Part shown: positions 18,592-32,371 of the stretch, in pieces
How the letters are laid out: every line of letters starts with the position of its first letter
Numbering within the stretch: the first letter of the stretch is position 1
DNA from: Verrucomicrobiota bacterium
Lineage (GTDB): Bacteria > Verrucomicrobiota > Verrucomicrobiia > Opitutales > Cerasicoccaceae
Reading direction: 5' to 3'
Length of the DNA: 64,000 bases
Assembly: GCA_039818205.1 (NCBI GenBank)
Contig: JBCBUK010000003.1
Location: 160,001 to 224,000, forward strand
Made by a program: the position numbers and the translations under genes
Notes under the pieces: generated by a model
What the model saw: the letters and a program-made list of their open reading frames with translations, nothing else
What the model was told of the DNA's origin: nothing
Databases searched by the model: none

Positions 18592-20333
18592 GTTTGCTGA
18601 AAAAATTTGCTCCCTATTGGCCGCTCCTCAAGCCGGTGCGCGTGCACTTCGTCGTGGCGCTGGTATGTGGTGTTCTGGCCGGAGTGCTCAGTGGAGCCGG
18701 GATCCCAGTCCTGCTCATGGAGATCGTGCCGTTGGTCTTTGAGGACCGCGACCTCTCGTCCGGCGAACTCGTCTTTTACTGCTTGCTCCCTGCAATGATC
18801 ATGGGCTCCCGCGGGTTCTTTAGTTATTTTAATCTCTACCTCGTGGGTTTCTGTGGGCAGACGATGCTCGAGCAGCTCCGAGTCCAGCTGTTCGAAAAGC
18901 TCCAGCGTCTTCCGATGGGGTTCTATTTTAAGAATCCGCCGGGCGAACTGGTTTCTCGCGCGATGCAGGACACCAACCTTGTCCAACAAAGCATGATCGT
19001 GGTATCCCAGGAGATCGTTCGGCAGCCGGTTACGTTGGTAACGGCTATTGGAGTGATGGTTTACCTGTCGATTGAGCACTCACAGGTTGCCTACCTGCTT
19101 ATCTTTATCTTGGCGGTTCCCGTGTGCATTGTACCTATCCGGCTTATTGGACGTAAGCTCAAGAAGAAGGCGACAAACCTACAGTTCGAACTGGCTGAAG
19201 CAACCAATCGGATTTGCCAGAATCTTGAGGCAACGCAGGAGATCCGGGCCTTCAATTTGGAGGGGCGGGAGACCGCACGCTTTCGTGAATCGGCGCAGAA
19301 GGTGTCACGCGGATTTATGAAGATGGCGAAGTATAACATCGTGCTCTCGCCGATCATCGAATTCATTGCGGCACTGGGAATTGGTGTCGGTCTCTATTAT
19401 ACGTATCAAAGTGGCGTCTCGGAAAAGGCGTTTACCGCGCTTTTGGGGGCACTGTATATGTGCTATGACTCGGTCAAACGCCTCGGCCAGCTGAACAATC
19501 GGATTCACGAAGGAGTGGCCGGGCTCGAGCGCATCGAGCACATCTTGCACGAGGATGAGCCCATTCGAGATCCTGAAAATCCGGAGTCCTTGCCGTCTCC
19601 GGTTACTGGAGCAATTGACTTCAACAATGTAACCTTTGCCTACGGTGAGTTGCCAGTTCTGCAAACGGTGTCGGTTCGTTTGGAACCCGGCAAAGCTTAT
19701 GCTTTGGTTGGCCCCAGTGGTGCGGGTAAAACGACGTTCGCGAACCTGATATTGCGCTACTACGATGTCGTCGAGGGTGCGATCCAGCTGGAGGGCGTCG
19801 ACATCCGCAATCTGCTTCAGAAGGACCTGCGGGAAAACATATCGGTCGTCGCGCAGAATCCTGTGCTCTTCAACGATACAGTTGCGGGCAATATCTCGGT
19901 CGGGAAAGTGGGGGCAAGTCAGGAGGAGATTGAGACGGCGGCCCACCAGGCTTACGCTCATGATTTCATTTCAACGATGGAGATGGGCTACGACACCGTA
20001 GTCGGGCCCAGTGGGACGCGGCTGAGTGGAGGGCAGCGTCAACGTATCGCCTTGGCACGGGCATTTTTGAAAGATGCACCGATCCTGATCTTGGACGAAG
20101 CCACCTCGGCCTTGGATGCCGAAAGTGAGCGCTTTATCCAGATGGCCTTAGAACAGCTTTCGAAGGATAAAACGGTGATCGTGATCGCTCACCGTTTTAG
20201 CTCGATTCAACTGGCCGATGAGATCCTCGTCTTTGACTCAGGACAGGTCGTGGAAAAAGGAGACCACGCCGGCTTATTAAAGCTGGGTGGTCTTTACTCG
20301 AAGTTGTTTCGTGCCCAATCCAAGCAGGATTGA
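18588..20333 (+). CDS. MsbA-like ABC exporter (TMD+NBD)
   Basis: N-terminal TM domain, GPSGAGKTT, LSGGQRQRIALAR, ILDEATSALD, IAHR; last gene of an LPS operon. Confidence 0.9.
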   Translation: MSLLKKFAPYWPLLKPVRVHFVVALVCGVLAGVLSGAGIPVLLMEIVPLVFEDRDLSSGELVFYCLLPAMIMGSRGFFSYFNLYLVGFCGQTMLEQLRVQLFEKLQRLPMGFYFKNPPGELVSRAMQDTNLVQQSMIVVSQEIVRQPVTLVTAIGVMVYLSIEHSQVAYLLIFILAVPVCIVPIRLIGRKLKKKATNLQFELAEATNRICQNLEATQEIRAFNLEGRETARFRESAQKVSRGFMKMAKYNIVLSPIIEFIAALGIGVGLYYTYQSGVSEKAFTALLGALYMCYDSVKRLGQLNNRIHEGVAGLERIEHILHEDEPIRDPENPESLPSPVTGAIDFNNVTFAYGELPVLQTVSVRLEPGKAYALVGPSGAGKTTFANLILRYYDVVEGAIQLEGVDIRNLLQKDLRENISVVAQNPVLFNDTVAGNISVGKVGASQEEIETAAHQAYAHDFISTMEMGYDTVVGPSGTRLSGGQRQRIALARAFLKDAPILILDEATSALDAESERFIQMALEQLSKDKTVIVIAHRFSSIQLADEILVFDSGQVVEKGDHAGLLKLGGLYSKLFRAQSKQD

Positions 20334-20353
20334 AAACAGTTCTAAGCTGAATT

Positions 20354-20758
20354 TTAATAGAATCCTGGATAGTGATCGAATTGGCGGTCAATTCGAGTGC
20401 TGCTCACGCATTCATAGTCATCAGTGTAAAAGGCCGCGCCCGCGCGGGGCTTATGCATAATGATTGATCTTCGGCGGTAATGTTGTGCCGTATCACTAGG
20501 CAACTTGATTCGATTGTCGCGCCCTTGTTCGAGCAGGCTATCCAAATTGTTTTCGTGTGACTTGTTATTATGCTTTAAGTATTTATAGGTCTTGTAGGCG
20601 ATGGATGAAAATATGAATAACCCGCCGATAATCATATACATCCTGTTGGCTTTCAACATGTAAGCTGCTGAGGCAAGGATTACGCCGCCCGTGGCGAGCG
20701 CATATCCGATCATACTGTTAAGGTCGTTTGAGCCAGATTCAGGGTCAATTATTTTCAT
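20354..20758 (-). CDS. Hypothetical small membrane protein (AT-rich)
   Basis: 134-aa ORF with two hydrophobic segments; no recognisable motif. Confidence 0.5.
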   Translation of the reverse strand: MKIIDPESGSNDLNSMIGYALATGGVILASAAYMLKANRMYMIIGGLFIFSSIAYKTYKYLKHNNKSHENNLDSLLEQGRDNRIKLPSDTAQHYRRRSIIMHKPRAGAAFYTDDYECVSSTRIDRQFDHYPGFY

Positions 20759-20985
20759 AGCATTAATGTTGCGTCGATACGCTTGGTTAGGTCTTGGCTC
20801 ATCCTAATGCATTAGAACGCACGTGTCATTTACACTATATCAGTTTATTTATAATGCGTTCACTCTCGGGTTTTCAATTCATGCAATTTCTAGAGGATAT
20901 TTTCCCTTTGACGCGTGTGAAGCGAGCTGGAAGTAAGCATTGTGAATAACTTTTGATGACGATATAGCGAAAGTAATGAGATCTA

Positions 20986-21399
20986 CTAGATGTCCTTCCC
21001 ACAAGCTGGACAAAATTCGAACGTAGCCTCAACTTTGGTGCCACAAAATGGACAGTGGTTCCCGGGAAAACGTCGACCTGGCGTTTTTGTTTCCCCCTGT
21101 GTGTCTTCGTTCGATTTGTGGCCTCGAGTGTGCCCCAGCGCCTTGCTCAACGGATCACTTTCCTCGGCATCCGTAGTGATGTCGATCGCACTCATTCGGT
21201 CTTTGCTCGTAGCGTTGAATAGGTTGTAGGCCGCTTGAGCAAAGGCAACTATGACAAAAACGACTCCAAAAAACACAAAGAAGCCAGGCGCTCCCATGTT
21301 TGAGGCTACACCAATGAAAGCGATTCCTCCAATGCCGACAACAATGCCGACGACTCCGCCCATTAGGGATGGGCCGCGTCCCGGTTTTATCTGATACAT
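20986..21399 (-). CDS. Two-TM membrane protein with C-terminal zinc ribbon
   Basis: Two TM helices, then CPFCG...FCPACG at the C-terminus. Confidence 0.8.
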   Translation of the reverse strand: MYQIKPGRGPSLMGGVVGIVVGIGGIAFIGVASNMGAPGFFVFFGVVFVIVAFAQAAYNLFNATSKDRMSAIDITTDAEESDPLSKALGHTRGHKSNEDTQGETKTPGRRFPGNHCPFCGTKVEATFEFCPACGKDI

Positions 21400-21973
21400 G
21401 ATTCGTTTGGTAGAATAGTGAGGTTAGGGTTCAAGCTGTAGTGTATACGTAGTCGTATCTGTTGTCTGTTACATTATTGATTTCATATTATAAGCGTTAT
21501 TTTTATCGCAGTGACATGTATGCTGTGCGAAGCGGAACGATTCTTATTTACGCTATATATACTAGATTATTATTATTCGTTAATGAGTGCTCTCGTAGGT
21601 ATTTTATAGGCCCATATGGCCCTATCGGAATTTTCGGACGGTTTTGTGTTCCAATGATCACGCAGTGTATTCGCTAGCAATGTGCGCGCAGGCAATCCGG
21701 CTAATGTTGCTTCTGCGTCTCTCGAGCTCGGTTGCGTTGCTTGTTGAGCAGCGCTGATAGCCAATCGGGTCGTTTCGGATTAGCGAAGTGTGTTGACCCA
21801 TGGCCTCGGTCTACCTGGTTCGAAATGTTTCCGAGTTGGTTGTCACACCGGGAAGATTCGACCCGGTTGGTGTGTCAGCCTGGCACTCCTGGCTTACAAG
21901 AAGAAATGGCCCATGGGCGCGTAAGTGTCAGAAGGGTATGAGTTTATGATTAATTCGGTGAATGAAGGTTTGT

Positions 21974-21989
21974 GGGCACACCGATTGCA
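21974..21989 (+). promoter_or_regulatory. Sigma-54 (-24/-12) promoter of clpB
   Basis: GGGCACACCGATTGCA: GGCAC-N5-TTGCA with GG at 21975-6 and GC at 21987-8. Confidence 0.75.
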
Positions 21990-22000
21990 ATGAATTGGGC

Positions 22001-24619
<2,619 letters not shown>

Positions 24620-24640
24620 AAGCAATAGCAGATAGGAGAG

Positions 24641-24668
24641 AGCCCCGGCCGAAAGGTCGGGGCTTTAT
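24641..24668 (+). terminator. Intrinsic terminator after clpB
   Basis: AGCCCCGGCC-GAAA-GGTCGGGGCT followed by TTAT. Confidence 0.75.
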
Positions 24669-24989
24669 GCTTCACAAGTGAAAGTCGGTAGACCGTTGCT
24701 GGGAAAGTCTCCAGTCTGGTTCTCCTTATCGACGGTCTTGACCACTTCTATTTCCCAGCGAATCTGCTGTTTGCTTGGCCCAGGATGTACTATCGATCGA
24801 ATCCCAATTGAATCGATGTCTTGGATTATCTCAGCTTTGTAACAAATAGGTTTCGGGAAAAGCCCTTGTGGTTGTTTGTTTTACGGCCTTGTGTGACGTG
24901 GGTGAAACGAAAATGTCACATTTTGTGGTGATTACATGATTGTCGATGTTGCCGCCCAAGAATAGGTTATCGGGTAAATTGCGATCGCA

Positions 24990-26723
24990 ATGATCAATTA
25001 CCTACGCTTCCTAATTCTCTCCTCTTTGTTCGCTGTCAGCTCTCCATTTGTTTTTGGGCAGCTTCCAGTCAACGCCCCTTGGGAATACGATGCGCCCAAC
25101 CGCCCAGTCGTATTAATCGAGGCGGACCGCTATGTTTACACGTTAGGCGAATATGCTACCGCTGATCGGATCCTTCGTTCGACGATTGCCGGGCGAAATT
25201 ACAATTCGGCGGTCACCGAGTTCTTGGTGTGGGAGGACCGCATCTCCGGCGACCAATGGTTCTATAACTACCTGATCGGCTTTTCAAAAGAACCCATCGA
25301 CATTTCCGGTGAACCGGGCCAGCTACAGACCCGAACCGTCGGGCGAAAGGCACAGTTTAAGTTGTTCAGTAATTCAGCGGCTAGTGGCAACCCGTTCCCA
25401 ACTGAGTTGCCGAGCGATACCGGTTTGTACGCCTGGCGTTACGAGTTGCGAAACGAGGATGGGACCAAGACCATCGCCCGCTCTTATGCACTCTACAGCA
25501 TTGTGGATGAGATCGTGGAAGTCCAAGGCGATATTAATAAAGACATCCTTTGGTCAGCAGATAACGCCTACCATTTGAATGGGCGGGTGAATGTTGCCCA
25601 GAATAGTGTCCTTACCATTGAGCCGGGAACGGTCGTGATGGGCGGTACCGATGAATTAAGTTTGCTCAACATCGAAAGCGGTAGCCGCATTGTGGCCGAT
25701 GGCGAAGTGACCAAGCCCATTATTTTCACCTCGGATAAGCCACTTGGTGAGCGGGCGACCTCGGACTGGGGAGGTATTATCATCAATGGCGATGCACCGG
25801 TCAATGAACCCAACGCTGAGGGTGAGGGCGGTACTGGCCGCTATGGCGGCAACAACCCCAACCACGATGGGGGCGTCCTGCGCTACGTGCGCATCGAATT
25901 CTCCGGCCGCATATTTTCGGAGGTTGATGAGTTGAACGGTCTCACTCTGCAGGGCTGCGGCGATGGAACGATCCTCGACCACGTTCAGATCCACCACCCA
26001 TCGGATGACGGAATTGAGTTTTTCGGCGGAACGGTCAATGCCAGAAACTTGCTGATGACTGGTTGTGGAGATGATAGTCTCGACTGGACCTACGGTTACC
26101 AGGGCAAACTCCAAAACCTGGTTATGATCCAATTGTTTAGTGAAGCGGACAAAGGCATTGAGGCGGATAACCACACAACCAATTTTGACGCGCAACCGCG
26201 GTCCAAACCGACCATTTATAACGCAACCTTCCTGGGGCTGGCTATTTCCCAGCCCGATAAGGCCAAGCAGTCAAATGCGATCCTGATGCGTCGCGGGTCC
26301 GGAGGGTTAGTCTACAACACGATATTTGCTGGTTTCGGGGGCATGTCGGCAGGAATTGAATCGGTGGCTTCCGCAAGCCTCCACGCCGACGGTGGATTGG
26401 TCGTCGAGAACTGCGTTTTTTATCAGAACTTTTTGTTAGCCAGGACGTTAAGTGAGAAACTGCCGAACGAAGAGCTCGTTTCTCGCATTATGACGGATAC
26501 CGCGAATAACAACGTCTTCGCTAACCCAGGGTTTACGAGTATCAACCCCGAGAAGCCGGATCTGACTCCAATGCCGAATTCATTGGCCGCCAATCCGCCG
26601 ACAATAGCGGAACCTCCTGCCGACGGGTTTTTCAAACCAGTGACCTACTTGGGTGGGATTGATCCAACGGATCCCAACGGTCCGTGGGTATTTGCCCCGT
26701 GGACGACCTATTCGCCGAATTAA
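24990..26723 (+). CDS. Secreted right-handed beta-helix protein with extra N-terminal domain
   Basis: Signal peptide; LTIEPGT, PIIFTS, WGGIIING, LRYVRIEF, DDGIEFFGG, GIEADN, typical of an uncharacterised pectin-lyase-like family. Confidence 0.7.
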   Translation: MINYLRFLILSSLFAVSSPFVFGQLPVNAPWEYDAPNRPVVLIEADRYVYTLGEYATADRILRSTIAGRNYNSAVTEFLVWEDRISGDQWFYNYLIGFSKEPIDISGEPGQLQTRTVGRKAQFKLFSNSAASGNPFPTELPSDTGLYAWRYELRNEDGTKTIARSYALYSIVDEIVEVQGDINKDILWSADNAYHLNGRVNVAQNSVLTIEPGTVVMGGTDELSLLNIESGSRIVADGEVTKPIIFTSDKPLGERATSDWGGIIINGDAPVNEPNAEGEGGTGRYGGNNPNHDGGVLRYVRIEFSGRIFSEVDELNGLTLQGCGDGTILDHVQIHHPSDDGIEFFGGTVNARNLLMTGCGDDSLDWTYGYQGKLQNLVMIQLFSEADKGIEADNHTTNFDAQPRSKPTIYNATFLGLAISQPDKAKQSNAILMRRGSGGLVYNTIFAGFGGMSAGIESVASASLHADGGLVVENCVFYQNFLLARTLSEKLPNEELVSRIMTDTANNNVFANPGFTSINPEKPDLTPMPNSLAANPPTIAEPPADGFFKPVTYLGGIDPTDPNGPWVFAPWTTYSPN

Positions 26724-26840
26724 TTGGCCCGAATTCCGCTTTTAGCGGCGCATGAATTGGTGGAAGTGCCACAGTTTTTCTTCGGAACGGGCGAAAATTG
26801 TGCTCGCCTCACTTGGTCTGTATCACAAAAATATTCGATA

Positions 26841-27470
26841 GTGAAGACTGTCATCGCAATTTTGATCGCAATCGCTGGAGTTTGGCTGGGGCTCCGCTAT
26901 TTCCTGCCTGAAGGGGTGCGTGAGTTGGCGGAGGATCTTAACGTGCCAGGGGTCCAGACCGAATCGTTTGTGGTTTTAGAAGATTTGACGGGCCGCACGC
27001 TCAAATGTCGTATTATAAAGGTTAAAGATAAATCGGTCGAGGTCGTTCGGGCAGAAGATGGAGTCGAGTTCTCAATTCCGATCGACCGGTTGGCCGACGG
27101 GAGCCGACGACAGATTAAGAAGTGGGTTCTCGGGCATCATTCGCAGTCGACGGGTGAGGTGTTCAAGCCCACCGAAGAGGTCGAGGACAAGCTCTATGAA
27201 GCAGCCAAAGAGCATTTTAAGGTCGTTGTTGTTACGGTCGACGACACCGATATTACTCCACAGCTTAAGCGTTTCATGAAAGCAGAGGACATTTCCTTTT
27301 CTGTCTATGACGCGATTAAGTCAACGGGCGGTCGCCGATTGGTCGAGGAACACGGATTAACCCATGGGCCCGTCCTATTTATCGGTGACGAAATGTTTAT
27401 TGGGTTTACGCCGGAAACGGTGAAAAAGGTTTTGATTTCAGAATATCGCCGAGAGCATTTGGGCCTTTGA
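26841..27470 (+). CDS. Membrane-anchored protein: SHD1-like domain + glutaredoxin-like domain lacking CxxC
   Basis: GTG start, N-terminal TM; DLTGRTLKCRII...IPIDRLA (SHD1-like); C-terminal PVLFIGDEMFIGF (Grx-like). Confidence 0.6.
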   Translation: MKTVIAILIAIAGVWLGLRYFLPEGVRELAEDLNVPGVQTESFVVLEDLTGRTLKCRIIKVKDKSVEVVRAEDGVEFSIPIDRLADGSRRQIKKWVLGHHSQSTGEVFKPTEEVEDKLYEAAKEHFKVVVVTVDDTDITPQLKRFMKAEDISFSVYDAIKSTGGRRLVEEHGLTHGPVLFIGDEMFIGFTPETVKKVLISEYRREHLGL

Positions 27471-27570
27471 GGCGTTTGCTATCAGGTGTTTTCTTCCAAT
27501 TCTTTGTAAAGAATCGAAGAGCCTCGGGCTTGAACTTGCGGAGTTGGGTTGAGTTGACATGTTGTTGTCT

Positions 27571-28251
27571 ATGTCCACTTCGGCTGCGAGGTATTTGATT
27601 CGCATTTCGCTGGTCCTGCTCACGTTTCTAAGTGTTTCGGGTCTTCAGGCGAACGTGGATTTACCCGGAGCGAAAACACCACAAGGCTATCTGGCAAGGC
27701 TGCTCATCAATGAGGCACCGTTTCCCGGTGAGCGTGGCTATGTCTCGGAGGCTGATACCAAGGCGGCAATGGAGATGATTTTGCTGACCTTGCACTCGCG
27801 CAGCGCGAATCTGCCGTCGCCGTATACCCGCAAGCAAGTGGCCGATACGAACTCGGCCAACATCCTCGATGTGATTACAGCAGGCGGGAAACGGGGCCAG
27901 GTTGACGGATTTTATCGGGACGGTGCGGGAAATCTGGCAACCGTTCCGCGGGTGGAGGAGCGTGTGAAATATTTGATGGGCATCGCGGGGGAGGGTAAGC
28001 CGGGCCGCTTTGCTCGGTTGCTCAATCACGCAAAGGACATATCGAATGCCTATTTTGCCGGCGAGTTACGCATCGTGAATCGGTTTGGCGGTTTGCGCAA
28101 AGTCGGGGGAGTTCCCGTCACGGGAGGTTCCTATGCTTGGATGACTAATCATCCAAAATTTCACCCGCGTGGTTTTTTTGTGAAAATTCCGGATCGAGAC
28201 TCTGGTGCGCTTGGTGGTAATCGCTTTTTCACGCTGAAGCGAATTGACTGA
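27571..28251 (+). CDS. Secreted protein, possible SleB/Hydrolase_2-type cell wall hydrolase
   Basis: Signal peptide; LARLLINEA..GE, ILDVI, terminal GGNRFF resemble SleB motifs (LARLxxxEARGE, IxxVI, GNHxF). Confidence 0.5.
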   Translation: MSTSAARYLIRISLVLLTFLSVSGLQANVDLPGAKTPQGYLARLLINEAPFPGERGYVSEADTKAAMEMILLTLHSRSANLPSPYTRKQVADTNSANILDVITAGGKRGQVDGFYRDGAGNLATVPRVEERVKYLMGIAGEGKPGRFARLLNHAKDISNAYFAGELRIVNRFGGLRKVGGVPVTGGSYAWMTNHPKFHPRGFFVKIPDRDSGALGGNRFFTLKRID

Positions 28252-28400
28252 AGAATTAGAGCCGGGTTTCTGGCCACTTTTGATCTGGCGGTGGCGATTC
28301 GAGCGTTTCTTTCATTTACTCGAATCGAATTCCCGCCCAATGCTTGACTTGCTCTGCGGTTGCGGCTTGGGTTTTCATTTCAACCAAACATTCTTTGACC

Positions 28401-28871
28401 ATGGCACTATCTACTGGAACTACGGCACCTGATTTTACACTAAAAACGAAAAACGCCGACGGCCTTGCGGACGTCACTTTGAGCGCCAATTTCGGCTCCA
28501 AGAAGACCGTTCTCCTTTTCTTTCCGTTGGCCTTTACCAGCGTTTGCCAAGAAGAGATGTGCACGATGAGCGGCCAGCTCGACGAGTATGCCGGATTGGA
28601 CGCAGTGGTCTACGGCCTTTCGGTTGACAGCCCGTTTGCCCAAGAAGGCTGGGCTCAAGCCAACCAAATTAGCGTCACGCTGCTATCCGATTTTAACAAG
28701 GAAGTCGCGACCGCATACGATGTGATCTATGAGGACCTGCTCGGCTTTAAGGGTGTTGCCAAGCGCTCAGCCTTTGTCATCGATGCTGATGGTAAGATCG
28801 CATACGCGTGGTCTTCGGATGATCCACACGATCTGCCTCCATTCGATGAAGTTAAGGCAGCACTTAGCTAG
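28401..28871 (+). CDS. Peroxiredoxin (AhpC/TSA family, AhpE/Bcp-like)
   Basis: APDFTL, FFPLAFTSVCQEEMC (PxxxTxxC), LLSDFN, KRSAFVID. Confidence 0.92.
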   Translation: MALSTGTTAPDFTLKTKNADGLADVTLSANFGSKKTVLLFFPLAFTSVCQEEMCTMSGQLDEYAGLDAVVYGLSVDSPFAQEGWAQANQISVTLLSDFNKEVATAYDVIYEDLLGFKGVAKRSAFVIDADGKIAYAWSSDDPHDLPPFDEVKAALS

Positions 28872-28915
28872 TATCGGTTACCTGCGTTGAATTTGCCGCA
28901 AATATTTTTTAGATT

Positions 28916-31663
<2,748 letters not shown>

Positions 31664-31740
31664 AATAGCGGATAATCTTCCGTTAGTGCGTTCACTTTGA
31701 ATGGACAAACCAAAACTAATAGATATTCCCGTATAATCAT

Positions 31741-32259
31741 ATGGCAGAAACAGAAAGCCCAGTTTTTCTTGTAGATGCCTACTCGGAACCCGTACTCCTG
31801 AAGATCCAGGGCCGAGCCAGTTTCCTCAATTGTGCTCCCGTTCGTGATTTGTTTGACCGTGTTGCCGAGATGGGTAAACGCAACGTAGTCATTGACTTCC
31901 ATGAATGCACCGGAATGGATAGCACCTTTTTGGGCATCATGGCTGGGGCGGCTTTGGAATTTCGAAAACTCGAGCCTGCGGGAAGTTTTACCCTGGTCCG
32001 CCTCAGTGAGCGAAATCTGGAATTGGTCAAGAACCTGGGCCTCCATCGTATTCTGAATGTTGAATCGGGCGACTACAAGATGTCGTTTAATGCAGAGGGT
32101 GCCGAATCGCTCGATGCGAAAGCCCAATCCGAGCGGGAAAATGCGGCCATGGTTTTGAAGGCCCATGAGAACCTCGTTGAAGCCGACGGCACCAATCAGC
32201 AAAAGTTCCAGGACGTCCTGTCGTTCCTGCGCTTACAGGTCGACAAGGATTCGGCTTAG
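31741..32259 (+). CDS. STAS-domain anti-sigma-factor antagonist (RsbV-like)
   Basis: VVIDFHECTGMDSTFLG carrying the phospho-acceptor DS; C-terminal AHENL...NQQKFQDV helix. Confidence 0.85.
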   Translation: MAETESPVFLVDAYSEPVLLKIQGRASFLNCAPVRDLFDRVAEMGKRNVVIDFHECTGMDSTFLGIMAGAALEFRKLEPAGSFTLVRLSERNLELVKNLGLHRILNVESGDYKMSFNAEGAESLDAKAQSERENAAMVLKAHENLVEADGTNQQKFQDVLSFLRLQVDKDSA

Positions 32260-32371
32260 CAGGTTTGGCATTTGCTCAATTGGCAATTCGAGCGATGTGA
32301 TATCGATGGCTCAAGGGGTAAAAATTCCTTGAACGCTGTGGTTGATCTAGGGGAGGAATCTGCCTAGGTTC

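Noticed and set aside
21881..21906. TGGCACTC resembling a CIRCE left arm upstream of clpB
   Set aside because: The position of the right arm reads AAGAAGAAA, not GAGTGCTAA.
21462..21941. Short ORFs of 63-71 aa in the AT-rich region upstream of clpB
   Set aside because: No motifs, weak starts, and overlap with probable regulatory DNA.
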